DNA of 64,000 bases from Raja brachyura (lineage: Eukaryota), in assembly GCA_963514005.1 (NCBI GenBank), contig OY740790.1:56048001-56112000 (forward strand). Direction: 5' to 3'. Of this stretch, positions 38,195 through 50,144 are shown one piece after another. Within the stretch, counting starts at the first letter, position 1. Each line of letters starts with the position of its first letter. A program made the translations under genes and the position numbers. The notes under the pieces were generated by a model, which ran no database searches, was not told the origin of the DNA, and saw only the letters and a list, made by a program, of their open reading frames with translations.

Positions 38195-38460
38195 TGTTGT
38201 GGATAGATCTCTCACCCATGTCCCCTCATATCTCACAGTTTTGTTCTTGTTCCCCCTCCCATCCCTACCAGATGGAACGAGGATAGAGCCCCCCTGATCC
38301 TCAGCTTTCACCCACAAGTCTCCACATCCAATACATCATATTCTGCCACTTTCTACATGATCCCACCACTAGTCACATCTTCCCATCACAATATTTTCTT
38401 TCCACAGAGGCAACTCCTTGGTTCACCTATCCTTTTCCACCCATCTGCTTCCATCACTCT
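38195..38460 (+). mobile_element. Penelope-like ORF remnant
   Basis: Homologous to 58591-58911 and 61297-61680 (PLILSFHP...HDPTTSHIFPS). Confidence 0.75.
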
Positions 38461-38464
38461 CCCA

Positions 38465-38812
38465 GAAAGTTAATTCCAGCCACTCACCACGCTCTGCTTG
38501 AAAATGCCCTGAAGATCCCTTCTAAATCACTTACCCTTTATTCTATGTCTGCATCCTATAGTTTTATCTACCTCTGATATGAAAAAACGTTTCTTGCATC
38601 CCATCCTATCTATACCCCTCATAATTGTATCTACTTTAACTTTTCCCCTCTTAACCTCCTCTGCTACAGATAAAACAGAACTATCCTCTCCGTTCTATCT
38701 TCATAACTAAAATGCTCCATCCCAGGGAACATCCGACTGAATCTGCTCTGCGCCCTCTCCAGCACTATTACATCTTTCCTGTAGTGTGGTGACCAGAACT
38801 GCATGCAGTACA
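38465..38812 (-). mobile_element. Diverged CR1 3' fragment
   Basis: GTGTGGTGACCAGAACTGCATGCAGTAC (YC.QFWSP antisense) and downstream CR1 motifs. Confidence 0.75.
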
Positions 38813-40761
38813 GACTTCACAATCCTTAGAAAGTATCACTGAGTCTTGACATAAATGCCTAAAGTTGTGTATCTGTTGGAATTGTGCTTTACTAGGGATC
38901 TGCAGTTATTGGCGAGCAGGATATGACATTAATAGTCTCTCCTTGGCTCATATAATCCTTGTTTTAATGTTTAGGGCTTTATGTTTTTCATGTTGATGTC
39001 ATCAGCAGGCGTGAAAGCTGGTCACATGGAAGTCTATGAGCAAAGATTGCCAAATGGTACTGAATTTACAGCAGAGACTGCAGAACAGTACAGCACAAGA
39101 ATGGGCCCTTCGGTCAACAGTGTTTGTACCAAACATGATGCCAAGTGAAACTGATCTTGTCTGCCTGTACATGATCCATATCCCTTCATTCCATGCTCTG
39201 CCTACCCAAAATAAATGTGTCAGTGGGGTTAGCCTGCCAAGCTCAGCCAGAGGTTAAGCAGACCTACCGTTGATCGCCAAATACCATGTGTTGTGATAGC
39301 AACAGCGTGGTCCCAGCCATCAACGGCACCGTGCAAATGCCAGTCCAGTAAATTGTGTTTTTTTTTAAGAGTGAAACACAGTAGTCAGATTGCTTTGTGT
39401 CACCTTGATAGCTTGACTAACACTACTTGCCCTGTGTCTGCCTTTGCAAACTCAGCATGATTGTGCACCAGGAGCACAGAGGGTGAGATTATTTCCCATG
39501 TGATGTTCTTTTTGGAGTGTTGCAGAGAAACCTGGACGACCCTGGGTGTGACTGTCATTAGTCCCTTCTCAGACACAGATTGTAACCACATAGCACCATG
39601 CTGGATAAATAAAATACTTCCCTGCATTCTTCATGAATGCAGGAAAGTTGCTGCACTAGAATGGTGCACTAGAATATTGTTGGTGCTCTAGAATTTCGAA
39701 GCAGTTAAGTAGAATTTCTTTGTAGAAAAAGAATAGGTGACGTCACCTATTCCTTTTCTCCAGAGATGCTGTCTGACCCATTGTGTTACTCCAGCTTTTA
39801 TTGTGTCTGTCTTCAGTTTAAACCAGCATCTGCAGTTCCTTCCTACACAAGTAGAATTTCTTCCTTGCTTTCCTAATCAGCCACCATACATTCAGCAGAA
39901 GGACGACAGAAGCGCAACTTGACTGAGTATATAGATGCAGGGGTTCTTCGAAGTTACAGAGGCTGATTAGCCATCTCTCCATCACCCCCACTCAGCCGGC
40001 CTTGAGAAAATCCTGGCATCTGTGTTTAACAAAATTCAATCAGAACTTTCTGCTAAGCCATTATATTGATTAATATGAGAGCGTTCACAGTGTCAGGTTG
40101 TAAAATGGAAGAAGGATACGATCTAGCACTGTGCTGGTAAGCTGCAGAATGTCATTTAATCCTGTGTTCAATTCCCAGCTCGGTAAAAGGAGGCTGAGTA
40201 AAGGTGAGATCAGTTGAGGAGGGAAAAAGGAAGCAAAAAATCTCTGAAGATCAACAACTATCAGTCAGAGAAATTCAGCCAAGTAAGTAAAATTATCTGT
40301 GGGGAAAGAGGTGACATTTGAAGGCTATGCAAGCGTAAGGTTGAATCTAATAATCAAATTAGCTGATGCAGCCATTGATACACTTAAATGTTGGTAATAT
40401 CAAATTGAAAAATAATACTGAAGATAATGACAAAACTAAATGAGGTATGGAAAGCACAATAGCTAACAAAGGATGTGTTTTGCTATGGAGATAATTTTAT
40501 CAAGTTCTTATTTGTATTTAGGTTCAATTAAGTCAACTGGTTGAAGTCGAGATCTTGCTCAATCTTTTGTGTATATTATAATGGGCTAAAAAATGCCCTG
40601 ACCTCACAGGGGCAAGCCACTGGAATTAGTACTGTATGTTCTCTGTGCACACTGACCTAACTGTGGTTGTCGGCATATGTGATGAGACTTTTCTAGTCGG
40701 GACAGATTTTATGGGTCTTTGACTACTAACTGGTCAGACTTATTGGACCTGGCTTTATGGT

Positions 40762-40893
40762 GGGGGACAGATTTGAGAAATGTATAGACTATTGAACTAT
40801 TTGTATAGCCTCCGAAAATGTCGGATGAATTTTTTTCACGGTTCACGTATTGTACATATTTATTACTTGAATAAAGTTTATTTTGAAAAAAAA
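40762..40893 (+). mobile_element. Severely 5'-truncated poly(A) LINE (L1/Tx1-like) 3' end
   Basis: AATAAA followed by an A8 tail. 17-bp TSD GGACCTGGCTTTATGGT (40745-40761) / GGATCTAGCTTTATGGT (40894-40910). Confidence 0.75.
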
Positions 40894-41091
40894 GGATCTA
40901 GCTTTATGGTCGCTAATCTCGTACCAGACCAAATTCAGAAGACCTGACCCACGTCACTTGAAAAGAAAACTCACTTCCGAAAGAAAAACTTGAATATTGT
41001 TTCAAAAAAGGGTTTGAGACAAATTTGTAAAATATTTAAGGATAGAAAGTCATTTGAAATAATGACATTGCAAAGGTGTTCTAGAGTTCTA

Positions 41092-41410
41092 GAGGTGGCA
41101 TGGTGGCGATGCGGTAGAGTTGCTGCCTTACAGCGCTTGCAGCACCGGAGACCCGGTTCGATCCTGACTACGGGGTGCTGTCTGTACGAAGCCTGTATGT
41201 TCTCCCCGTGAGCTGCGTGGGTTTTCTACGAGATCTTCGATTTCCTCCAACACTCAAAAGACATCAGGCTTGTGGGCTAATTGGCTTGGTATAAATGTAA
41301 ATTGTTCCCAGTGTGTGTAGGAAAGTGTTAATGTGCAAGATCGCTGGTCGGTGCAGGTTCGGTGGGCTGAAGATCCTGTTTCCACGCTGTATCTCTAAAC
41401 TAAGCTAAAA
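41092..41410 (+). mobile_element. HE1/V-SINE, full length
   Basis: Box A/B-like head, V core and GCTGTATCTCTAAACTAA tail. Confidence 0.9.
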
Positions 41411-41714
41411 GTTGCTCCACTTTATGTTTAGAGTCCCTTACTTCCATTCCAAAAGGCATTACAGAAAAATAAGAACAAAAAATATCCGACTGAATGTTGC
41501 ACAATAATAAAAACATTTTATGGAAAAGCTCGGCAGGTTTGGCAGCATCGGTGATGAGAGAAACACGGTTAATATCTCAAGTCAGTGACTTCCACTAAGA
41601 AAAGATGAATTCTATTATAATGGTCACTCAACCATTTTCTTTGCTTCAACTCAATTAACTTATTTGATGAGGTAGGTATAAGGATGCTGCTCTTGCAAAT
41701 TCAGCCGGCTCTAG

Positions 41715-42012
41715 GATGGCACGGTGGTGCAGTGGTAGAGATGCTGCCTTACAGTTAAGGCAATCCTGAGCACGGGCACAGAGTTTGCACATTCTCCCCG
41801 TGACTGCGGCGTTTTCCCTGGGTGCTCTAGTTTCCTCCCACACACCAAAGATGTACAGTTTTGCACGTTAATTGGCTTTGGTGAAAGATTACAAAATCGT
41901 CCATAGTGTGTAGGATAGTGTTACTGTACAGGGTGATCGCTGGTTGGCGCAGACTCGGTGGGCCGAAGGGCCTTTTTTTTTTAACGCGCTGTATTTCTAA
42001 ACCGAACTAAAA
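41715..42012 (+). mobile_element. HE1/V-SINE
   Basis: GGCACGGTGGTGCAGTGGTAGAG head, V core and GGGCCGAAGGGCC tail. Confidence 0.85.
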
Positions 42013-44387
42013 TAGAATTAAAGCCCGGTAAGTATTGGGTGCAAGGGCTGCTTTCCCCATTCAATAATTCCCCTCTGCTTTTGCTAAGGCTGCTCCCTGC
42101 TGTGATATTTGTTCCTAACAGTGAAGTGCATCATTCTTGTTCTTATCTCAGAATGATTGGGAATTGATGCAAACCTGGGACACAAGCCATGCAAGCGATA
42201 ACACAGAAGGTCGACGTGGAACATCATAAAACTGCTGAACACCAATTCTTGCTGACTGTTAACTGGATGTTCTCTTTCAATAAATCCCTTGCGCTGACCC
42301 TATGCTCTATCTTCTCCTTATCTGCCCCTAACTAACTCTCGGAAGCTGTGAAATATTGTACTTCAGTGATACCCATCTTTTCATTCCAAAACACGACACG
42401 CACTGATAAATCCAAGGGCAATGTGCTTTCATAATTATTCTATTATGTTCTCGGAGCCTGACATGGATTGTCCATGTATTCTGCTCTCTCTGCTTCAAGA
42501 AACTATGATAAACGGATCACTTTCTCTGGCTGACAGCTATTGCCTAACACCAAAAACAAGAACTGATTAGAGCACACTTCCTCGGGTATGTTCTGCGTTT
42601 TTTTTCCCTGCCTTCTTTAACTATTCCTCAGGAGGCCTTGGAATGCAGAGTAATGACCTAATCAGGGATAAAGGGTCATTGTGCCCTCTCGCTGTGATGA
42701 CAAAGACAGAGTAGAATTGGAATAATTTTATCTATTGTCGCATTACTGCCGCTAAAAAGAAATTTGAATTCACAGGTCATTTTCTGTTAATGTGCCACTG
42801 AAGTATGATATTTTAGTTTCAGTGCTGCAATCAATAAGGAGCCCAAAACTACATAAGATGTTCATTGTGTCTATATTTCAAGCTCGGTGTCTCTTTGGGG
42901 GAGGGGACTCAACATACAGCTAAAATAATTTGATTTAAATGTACATCATTTTGTGCAGTAGAACATCTCAATAAGTATGTTTAATTCTGCCTTGAACAGA
43001 GAATTAGATAAATTCTGCCGAACAGAGACTAAACTAAAAATCATTAAATTCACAGGGTTTTGTGAATTGTGAACGGACCTCACTCTGAAAACAAAAATAA
43101 GCAATTAATTTACGCCTGCCGCAACCTCTTCGAAAATATAGCTTGTATGGTTTAAATATTTGGAAATAAATCCTAAGGATACTTCCTGCCATATATCTTT
43201 ACAGAATTGCAATCACCATGGTAATGGCTGAGAAACTATTTTACCCAGTTACTGTGAAGAGTAATATTTGTAAGATTTCATCGATCTGTCAGCTGCCATA
43301 AGCATAAGTTTTATTTTGCATTTATGATAATACCAAAGCCAAAGATATTATAACGACAATGAAAATGTTGTAACATTCAGTGAACGCTCTCCGATGGCAA
43401 CTCAACTATATGGCTTCAGAACAAACTGAACAGCTCGCTGTCTGAAAGGTTTTACATTGCCCCCTTTAAGGATTGTCTCCAGATTAACTGATATTTATTA
43501 ATTGATGCAACACTGAGGCTAAGAGGCAGCATAATGTCTAGCAAGGAATTGTGGATGCTGGTTTGAACCGAAGATAGACACAAATAGCTGGAGAAACTCA
43601 GCGGATCAGATAGCATCTCTGGATAAAAGGAATAGGTGACGTTTCAGGTCGAGGCCCTTCTTGTGTCTTTTGGTGTCTATCTTCAGCATAATGTAGTGTA
43701 GGTCAGGTTTAGAAGAGAGTCTGAATGAATTATCACAGATGTGCGGGAAGGACCTGCTTCCTTAAACAGAGGATTGAGCAACTTGAAGGCTAGATCTAAA
43801 ATGATTCATAGAAGGTAGAGAGAGAGAGATAAGAAAAATGTTTACACCCGGGGCTAGTGGGGGGCCTGCAAAGGGGTTGGTACAGGCCAGAACCTCACAG
43901 AAACTTGGAAACATAGAAAATAGGTGCAGGAGTGGGCCATTCAGCTCTCTCTTTTTTATTCTTAAAAAAAAAAAAAAATTATTAGAAGCAATTGTACAAG
44001 AATAAGACGACCGACAACAGTTATACAATTATTGTACAGCTTCATTTTTAACCTTATAACCTAAATTTAAAAAAAAAAGAAAAAAGAAAAAAAAAGAAAA
44101 CAAAGAAAGAAGAAAAAAAAGTAAAATACAAAAGTGCAGGAAAAAGACCCCTAAGCCACCAAAAAAATCCAACTCTCTCTTGAAAACATCCAGTGAATTG
44201 GCCTCAACTGCCTTCTGTGGCAGAGAATTCCACAGAATCACAACTCTCTGGATGAAATGTTTTTCCTCATCTCAGTCCTAAATGCCCTACCCCTTATTCT
44301 TAAACTGTGACCCCTGGTTCTGGACTCCCCCAACATTGTGAACATTTTTCCTGCATCTAGCCTGTCCAATCCCTTAAGAATTTTATA

Positions 44388-45908
44388 TCTCTGAAACTCT
44401 GATCTTGTGTTCTTCTGGTGTGCGGGGTTTTTCTATTTGCGCAAAAATGGCACACGATAGCACTACGATTTTTCACCAGGTTACTCACCGTTCTCCTGTG
44501 CTGTGAGTGCAGCAAGTTTCGTTCCAATCGGTGGTATATTGCAAAAAGTTATCGAGATTTAAAAATCTTAAAAAGCGCGCGTGCGCAGATTCCTTCAGTC
44601 AGCACCATGCAGATTGGTCTCTTCTCCTGTTAGTCAATGCCACAGCCTGGATGGCGATGCCCCTTACTGCCCCATTGGTGGCGGCCTGTCCTGCCTCACT
44701 CACAAACTCCTCTCTCCCCTCCTCACTGTAACTTGTCTATCATCTTCCCTACCATCTGCAGTGGCCACAGGGCAGGTTCAGTGGAGGCCCTGGTCCCTTC
44801 TCTCTCTCCCTCATCACTCACCCCTCTCCCCTGCCCGCCTTCTGCGGCAATGGCGGTCCCGTCTACCCGTCCCCCCGGGTCCGTCTCTTCTGCCGCCGCC
44901 GGTGCGGTAACTCACCCTTGGAGGAGATCTTGGAGGAGATCTTCGCCACCAGCTCATCGAAACTCATGGTGCCCACCATGACGAACACCGACTCCATCCC
45001 CCCCACCTCTCTCCCTCGCGCCCGGAGGCGGGAGTGAGCAGGCAGGCCGGTAGGCGGGTGGGCAAGGGCGAGGACGGACTGAGCGGCAGCAGCGGTCGGA
45101 CAGGACGGGGACGGGCCGAGCGGCAACTGAGTCGGAGTGGGCAGAGGGAGGGAGGGAGAGTCGGGTTGCAGGGTGGCCGAGCAGTTTGCGCGGGGTTTGA
45201 GTAACTCACACACACACACACCCACACACACACACACAATACAAACTGGTCCAATTTCAAGTCAACGGGATCTAAAGCACAGCTAACAATGAATGACCTG
45301 TGGAGGAAGGAACTGCAGATGCTGCTTTTTATGGGTGGAGGGAGGGAGTGACTGAGGGTAGGGGAAAGGAGAGGGAGGGAGAGGTGACAGAGGGATTGGG
45401 GGAGGGGAGGAGGAGATGGGAAAGATCGTGGGGAGGTGAGGAAGAAGATGGGGGGGTTGAGGGAGAGGAAGGGGTAGGGAGGGAGAGAGGGGTAGTGGGG
45501 GAAGTGAGGAGACTGGGGGAGGAGTGGAAATAGAGGGAGAGGAGGGCAGTGGGGGAGGTGAGGAGTGGGGGAGGTGGGGGATAGTAGGGGGTAGGGAGGG
45601 GAAAGATCGAGGGAGGGAATAACAGGGTAGGGAAAAGGAGAAGGAGGGAGAGGTGAGGGAGGGATTGGGGGAGGGGAGGAGGAGAGGGGAAAGAAGAGGG
45701 AGGGTTAAGAGGAGAGGGAGCGAGTGCTGGGGATTGAGGGGAAATGAGCCATGCCTGCGCAGTTTGGGTCTATGCGTGAGTGGTGCATTATTGCGTTGGG
45801 AGGACGGGTAACATTGGGGGAACGGGTGAGTGGTGGAATATTGCATTGGGGAACGGGTTGCGTTGGGGGACCAGGCCTCCCATGTGACAAGGACCCAACT
45901 TAGTCTAG
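44388..45908 (+). mobile_element. Non-autonomous Helitron-like element, copy 2 (both ends visible, 1521 bp)
   Basis: Begins TC (44388), ends CTAG (45905-45908), lies between A44387 and T45909, with no TSD and no TIR. No intact 3' hairpin is visible. Confidence 0.88.
44916..44997 (-). pseudogene. ALG13: Captured ALG13 exon 1 fragment, copy 2
   Basis: MESVFVMVGTMSFDELVAKISSKISSK with a 12-bp tandem duplication (KISS twice) and a deletion relative to copy 1. GTGAGT at 44915-44910. Confidence 0.8.
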
Positions 45909-46071
45909 TGTTTCTATAAGATCCCCTCTCATCCTTCTAAATTTCAGTGAATACAAACCAGTGAATACAAAATTCCAGTGAATCAGAAAGAAGCAGTATT
46001 TTGAGGTGCTTGTGAAGAAACCTGGACCTGGTTTTGGAAGGTAGCATAGACATGATAGGCTGTCTTTATTG

Positions 46072-46345
46072 GCTTAGTTTAGAGATACAACATTGAAACA
46101 GCCCTTCAGCCCACTGAGCCTATGCTGACCACCGATCTCCCGTTCACACTAATTCTATGTTATCGCAGTTCCTCATCCACTCACTACACCCTAGCAATTT
46201 ACGGAGGCCAATTAACTTACTAACCAGAGCACCCAGAGGAAGCCCATTAGTCACAGGGAGAACATACAGACTCCACACAGACAGTACCCGAGGTCAGGAT
46301 TGAATCCGGGTCTCTGGTGCTGTGAGGCAGCAGCACTACTGGCGA
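46072..46345 (-). mobile_element. HE1/V-SINE
   Basis: Tail, core and head motifs on the minus strand. Confidence 0.85.
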
Positions 46346-46832
46346 TGTGAGTTTATATATGGTCAGTGATTTATATGATGCCAAGTTTGTGAAATCAGTG
46401 TCTGGACTGAATCAGTAAGTGGATTTTAATCAACTATGACTGTTTTTGTTTTGTTAGCTCGTACCTTATCCCTTACGGATTTGAAGCCATTCTTTTCATT
46501 GAGCCAAAGTGTGATAGTGTACAGGACTCAAGCAGGCCTTTCCAACTCCCCCAGGTTCTACCACTCACCAACCAGGGGCAATTTGCAGGGGTCAATTAAT
46601 CTACTAATCCACACTTACTTTGGTATGTGGGAGGAAACTGGAGAACTTTGATTTTTTTCTATTTAGCAGGTTTTCCGTAAACTATTTCTGCCTCTTAACA
46701 TCGAGAGTAAGGCTGAACCATATGTAGAAACACAATAATTTGTAAACAAAGCACTGTGTGTGATCATGTTGTGATTTCTATTAGATAACTGTTCATGTAG
46801 TGTTTGCTGTTAACTAAATCTGGCTCATTACT

Positions 46833-47105
46833 CAGTTTAGTTTAGTTTAATAGTGATACATTGCGGAAACAGGCCCTTCAGCCAACCGAGACTGCACCAT
46901 CCAGCGATCTCAGTACACTTTCACTATCTGACACACTAGGGACAATTGACAAGTTTTTACTGAAGCCAATTAACCTACAAACATATACATTTTTGGAGTG
47001 TGGGAGGATGTACGATCTCCATGCAGACAGCACCTGTAGTCAGGATTGAACATGGGTCTCTGGAGCTGCAAGGCAGCAACTCCACCGCTGTACCACAGTG
47101 CTGCC
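46833..47105 (-). mobile_element. HE1/V-SINE
   Basis: (TTTAG)n tail, GAAACAGGCCCTTC and head motif CCGCTGTACCACAGTGCTGCCC. Confidence 0.85.
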
Positions 47106-48269
47106 CAAAATCGAATACTCTAAATCTTAAGGGCCCATTTGTCTGTTGGTTCAAAATGGTGCTATTTTCAGGAGTGGACAGACCATGGGTTTCATCTGCA
47201 CATTTTGCATGGTAGCTGGGCAGAAGACATTTGAGAAAGCATTTAATTGCAAGAACACAAGGAAATAGAAACAGGAGTAGGGAACTAGGCCCCTCAAACC
47301 TGATCTGCCAATTAATATGATCATGGTTGATCCTATTCTCTGCCAATCCTCCATAATACACATTACTTGATCTTTTAAATATTTATCTATCTCCATCATG
47401 ACTATTTCTGATGATCTAGCCCTTACTATCTTCTGGGATGGAGAATTCCATGAATACTGGGATTTGTAAATAGAGGCAGTAAATAAAAACATAAAGAAGT
47501 CATAATAACCTTTTTTCAAATGACAAATGTTACAACTGAGTATTATTAACAATTTTGAACCAGACATTTTAAGAAGGATGCTGAAGCCTTGGGGAAGGTA
47601 GTACAATTTTACCAGGATAAGACCAGCCAAAAGCAAGATACTATATGTTGAAGTGATTAGAAAGGTCATCCTCGTGGTCCTTAAGGCAGAGAAGTTTAAG
47701 GGGACATTTGGTAGAGGTATTCAAAATAATGAGTGTGATTTTGACAAATAAAAGGAATATCCAGAGAGCATAATTTAAAAAGATAACTTCTAATTGAGGG
47801 GAAATGAGGAGAATTATTTTCATGTATAGAGTCGTGGGAGACAACTACCCAAAGGTGTGGTAGATGCAGAATCCACTGGATCTTTATAAAGGCAATTGGA
47901 TGTGAAGGAAACTAATTGGCAGAGTTGAAGAGGGAAACGTTGGGGCATGGGAGTAACTTGGACTAGTCCTTCAAAGAGTTACATAAATTTGAGTAAATTG
48001 GACTAGTCCTTCAAAGAGTTACATGCAAATTTGCAATCTTCTTGGCTGCTTTTGGATTCCATACTCCCATGAATGCTCAGAGGTTTGCGTTGTAAGTATA
48101 TGTCTACTATTGTGTTGAAGGTGTGGTCCACACCGTCTCATGAAATGTCAACAGTTTCCCCTGTGACTGCTTGGAATTCCTGTTTAAGTATTAGTGAACA
48201 AGGAAAACCTCAGTTTCCCTGTTCTGGTTTGCCTCATGCCACCAAGCACGACACCTAGAGGCTGCAATG

Positions 48270-49190
48270 AATCGTCCGATCAGTGAAGAGAAGGTTATTG
48301 ACTGCAACCTTCCCTCCATTGATGAACTGTACACTGCAAGGGCCAGGAAGCGAGCGAGCAAGATCATCTCTGACCGATCTCACCCTGGCCACAAACCATC
48401 CATCGAACGTGTCCAAAGACAGGCCGCTCAATTTGTTACTAACACCTATGACAGAGAAGCGAGTGTCACCAAACTTCTGAATTCTCTGGGGTGGAACCCT
48501 CTCCAAGACAGACATGAAGCTCACCGTTTGACCTGTTTTTACAAAATATTAAATGGTCAGCTAGACATAGATCACAAGACCTACACCAACCCCAAACCAA
48601 TTAGGAGCAGACAAGGGCATTCGATCCAATTTGTGGTCCCAGCCTCAAAGACAGATGTGTACAGCAATTCGTTCTTTCCACGCACTATTTAAGCATGGAA
48701 TAATCTCCACCAAGCCACGGTTGCCCAGCCACATGCAACTAAATTTAAAGTGGCACTTTCTTCCCAATAACCCTCTCTGGCTAAACCCCTCCCTTCACCA
48801 CCTCCAGTTTAAATTCCAGTTGGAATATTTTGGAGGACCAAGTAACCAAGAACCAAGAACCAAGAAGAACCCTTTGAATCACTTCCTTCTGGAAGGCGAC
48901 TCCAGATTGTCAAAGCTGCCACAGCCAGACATAAAAACTGTTTTTATCCACGAGTAGTTGCTCTGCTCAACAGCCAAAAATCTGTAGCCTCCCTTTGATC
49001 CGGTATTTTGTTTTGTTGGTTCACATGCTTCATCAATGGTGTTTTATCAATAATGTTTTATTATTATTAATGTTTAGTGTTTCTGAGTCATGCGTCACTG
49101 TCACTGTATGTCATGTTGTAACTTGTGGGCGGAGCACCAAGGCAAATTCTTTGTACGTGAATACTTGGCCAATAAACTGACTTACTGACC
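48270..49190 (+). mobile_element. Rex1/Babar-type LINE 3' fragment (host of the nested LINE below)
   Basis: EKVIDCNLPSIDELYTARARKRASKIISDRSHPGH. Resumes at about 48871 (CTTTGAATCACTTCCTTCTGGAAGGCG) and ends AATAAACTGACTTACTGAC. Confidence 0.8.
48396..48870 (+). mobile_element. Divergent CR1-group LINE 3' fragment with (AACCAAG)n tail
   Basis: IERVQRQAAQFVTNTYDREASVTKLLNSLGW.PLQDR...RLTCFYKI...YSNSFFPRTI*AWN, then a short 3'UTR and heptamer tail. Confidence 0.8.
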
Positions 49191-50144
49191 AGCGGTTTCC
49201 TGATGATGTTTTGGTGCTGTTGAACGGCTATCATTCTGCAAGCTCCCAGCTGTTATTTTGGGAATTACTTCGACTGAACCTTGCTTTAGGAAAGATGGTC
49301 CGATGATTCAATTTGCTCCAGTGAATGTATTACTGAAAGGAAGATTAGTTTCTGGTAACTTTCATATTACCAGATTAATGTATTGTCATGCACACAAAGG
49401 TGCAATTATATTCTTTATTTGCATAATGCATTTGCAGCAAGATGGCACTGGAGCCTAGCAACTCTTTACATGGTGGTCCCAGAGGAGGATCTAGTATCAT
49501 CTGATACAATTATTCTACTCTTTTAAATATCTTTTCCACCTGTAAATCTAGCACCGCTTCTAGTTGCTATAAAGCTGAGAACAATATTCTGCACTCTGTA
49601 TCTTACCCTTCACTATTGAATATGACTTGATTGGATTTATTACAACATAAAACATGCAATGTTATTCCTTTCATTGTGTACCTATACACTGTGGATGGCT
49701 CGATTGTAATCATGTATTGCCGTTACGCTGACTGGTTGGCAGGCAACAAAGGCTTTTCACCTCGGTACACATGACAATAAACTAAATTAAACTAAACTAA
49801 AGTTCAGCACAGGTATTTGTCCTTTGGTCCACCAAGTCTGTGCTGAGCAAGGTAACAAGACCAATTCTATTTGTCTGCACCTAATCTATATCCCTCCAGT
49901 TCCTGCATATCCATGTTCCTATCCAAAAGTATTTTAAGTGCCGCTGTCGTGCCTGCCTCTGACAATGCATTCCAGGCAATCACTTCTCAATGTGTCAAAA
50001 ATATCTTGCCCCACAAATTTTCCTCAACTCTGCCCCTCTCATCCTAATGGGCCTGTCCCACTTAGGCAATTTTTTTAGGCCACTACAGGCGACTAGGCTG
50101 TTGCCACATGGTCGCCAGGGTGTCACCTGTATGGGGGTCGTGAG

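Larger units (their letters stand above)
43905..45975 (-). mobile_element. CR1 3' fragment split by the Helitron-like element and by an A-rich insert (about 43950-44165)
   Basis: ...CCCTTAAGAATTTTATA | TGTTTCTATAAGATCCCCTCTC... rejoins seamlessly. Compare the uninterrupted CR1 copies at about 11404-11440 and 61873-61912. Confidence 0.85.

Noticed and set aside
41092-41170. tRNA genes at SINE heads
   Set aside because: The tRNA-like boxes continue directly into the V-SINE core and tail, so these are SINEs.
47951-48025. 40-bp direct repeat
   Set aside because: Simple two-copy local tandem duplication at a decayed CR1 end. Similar ones lie at about 11928, 33022 and 61094.
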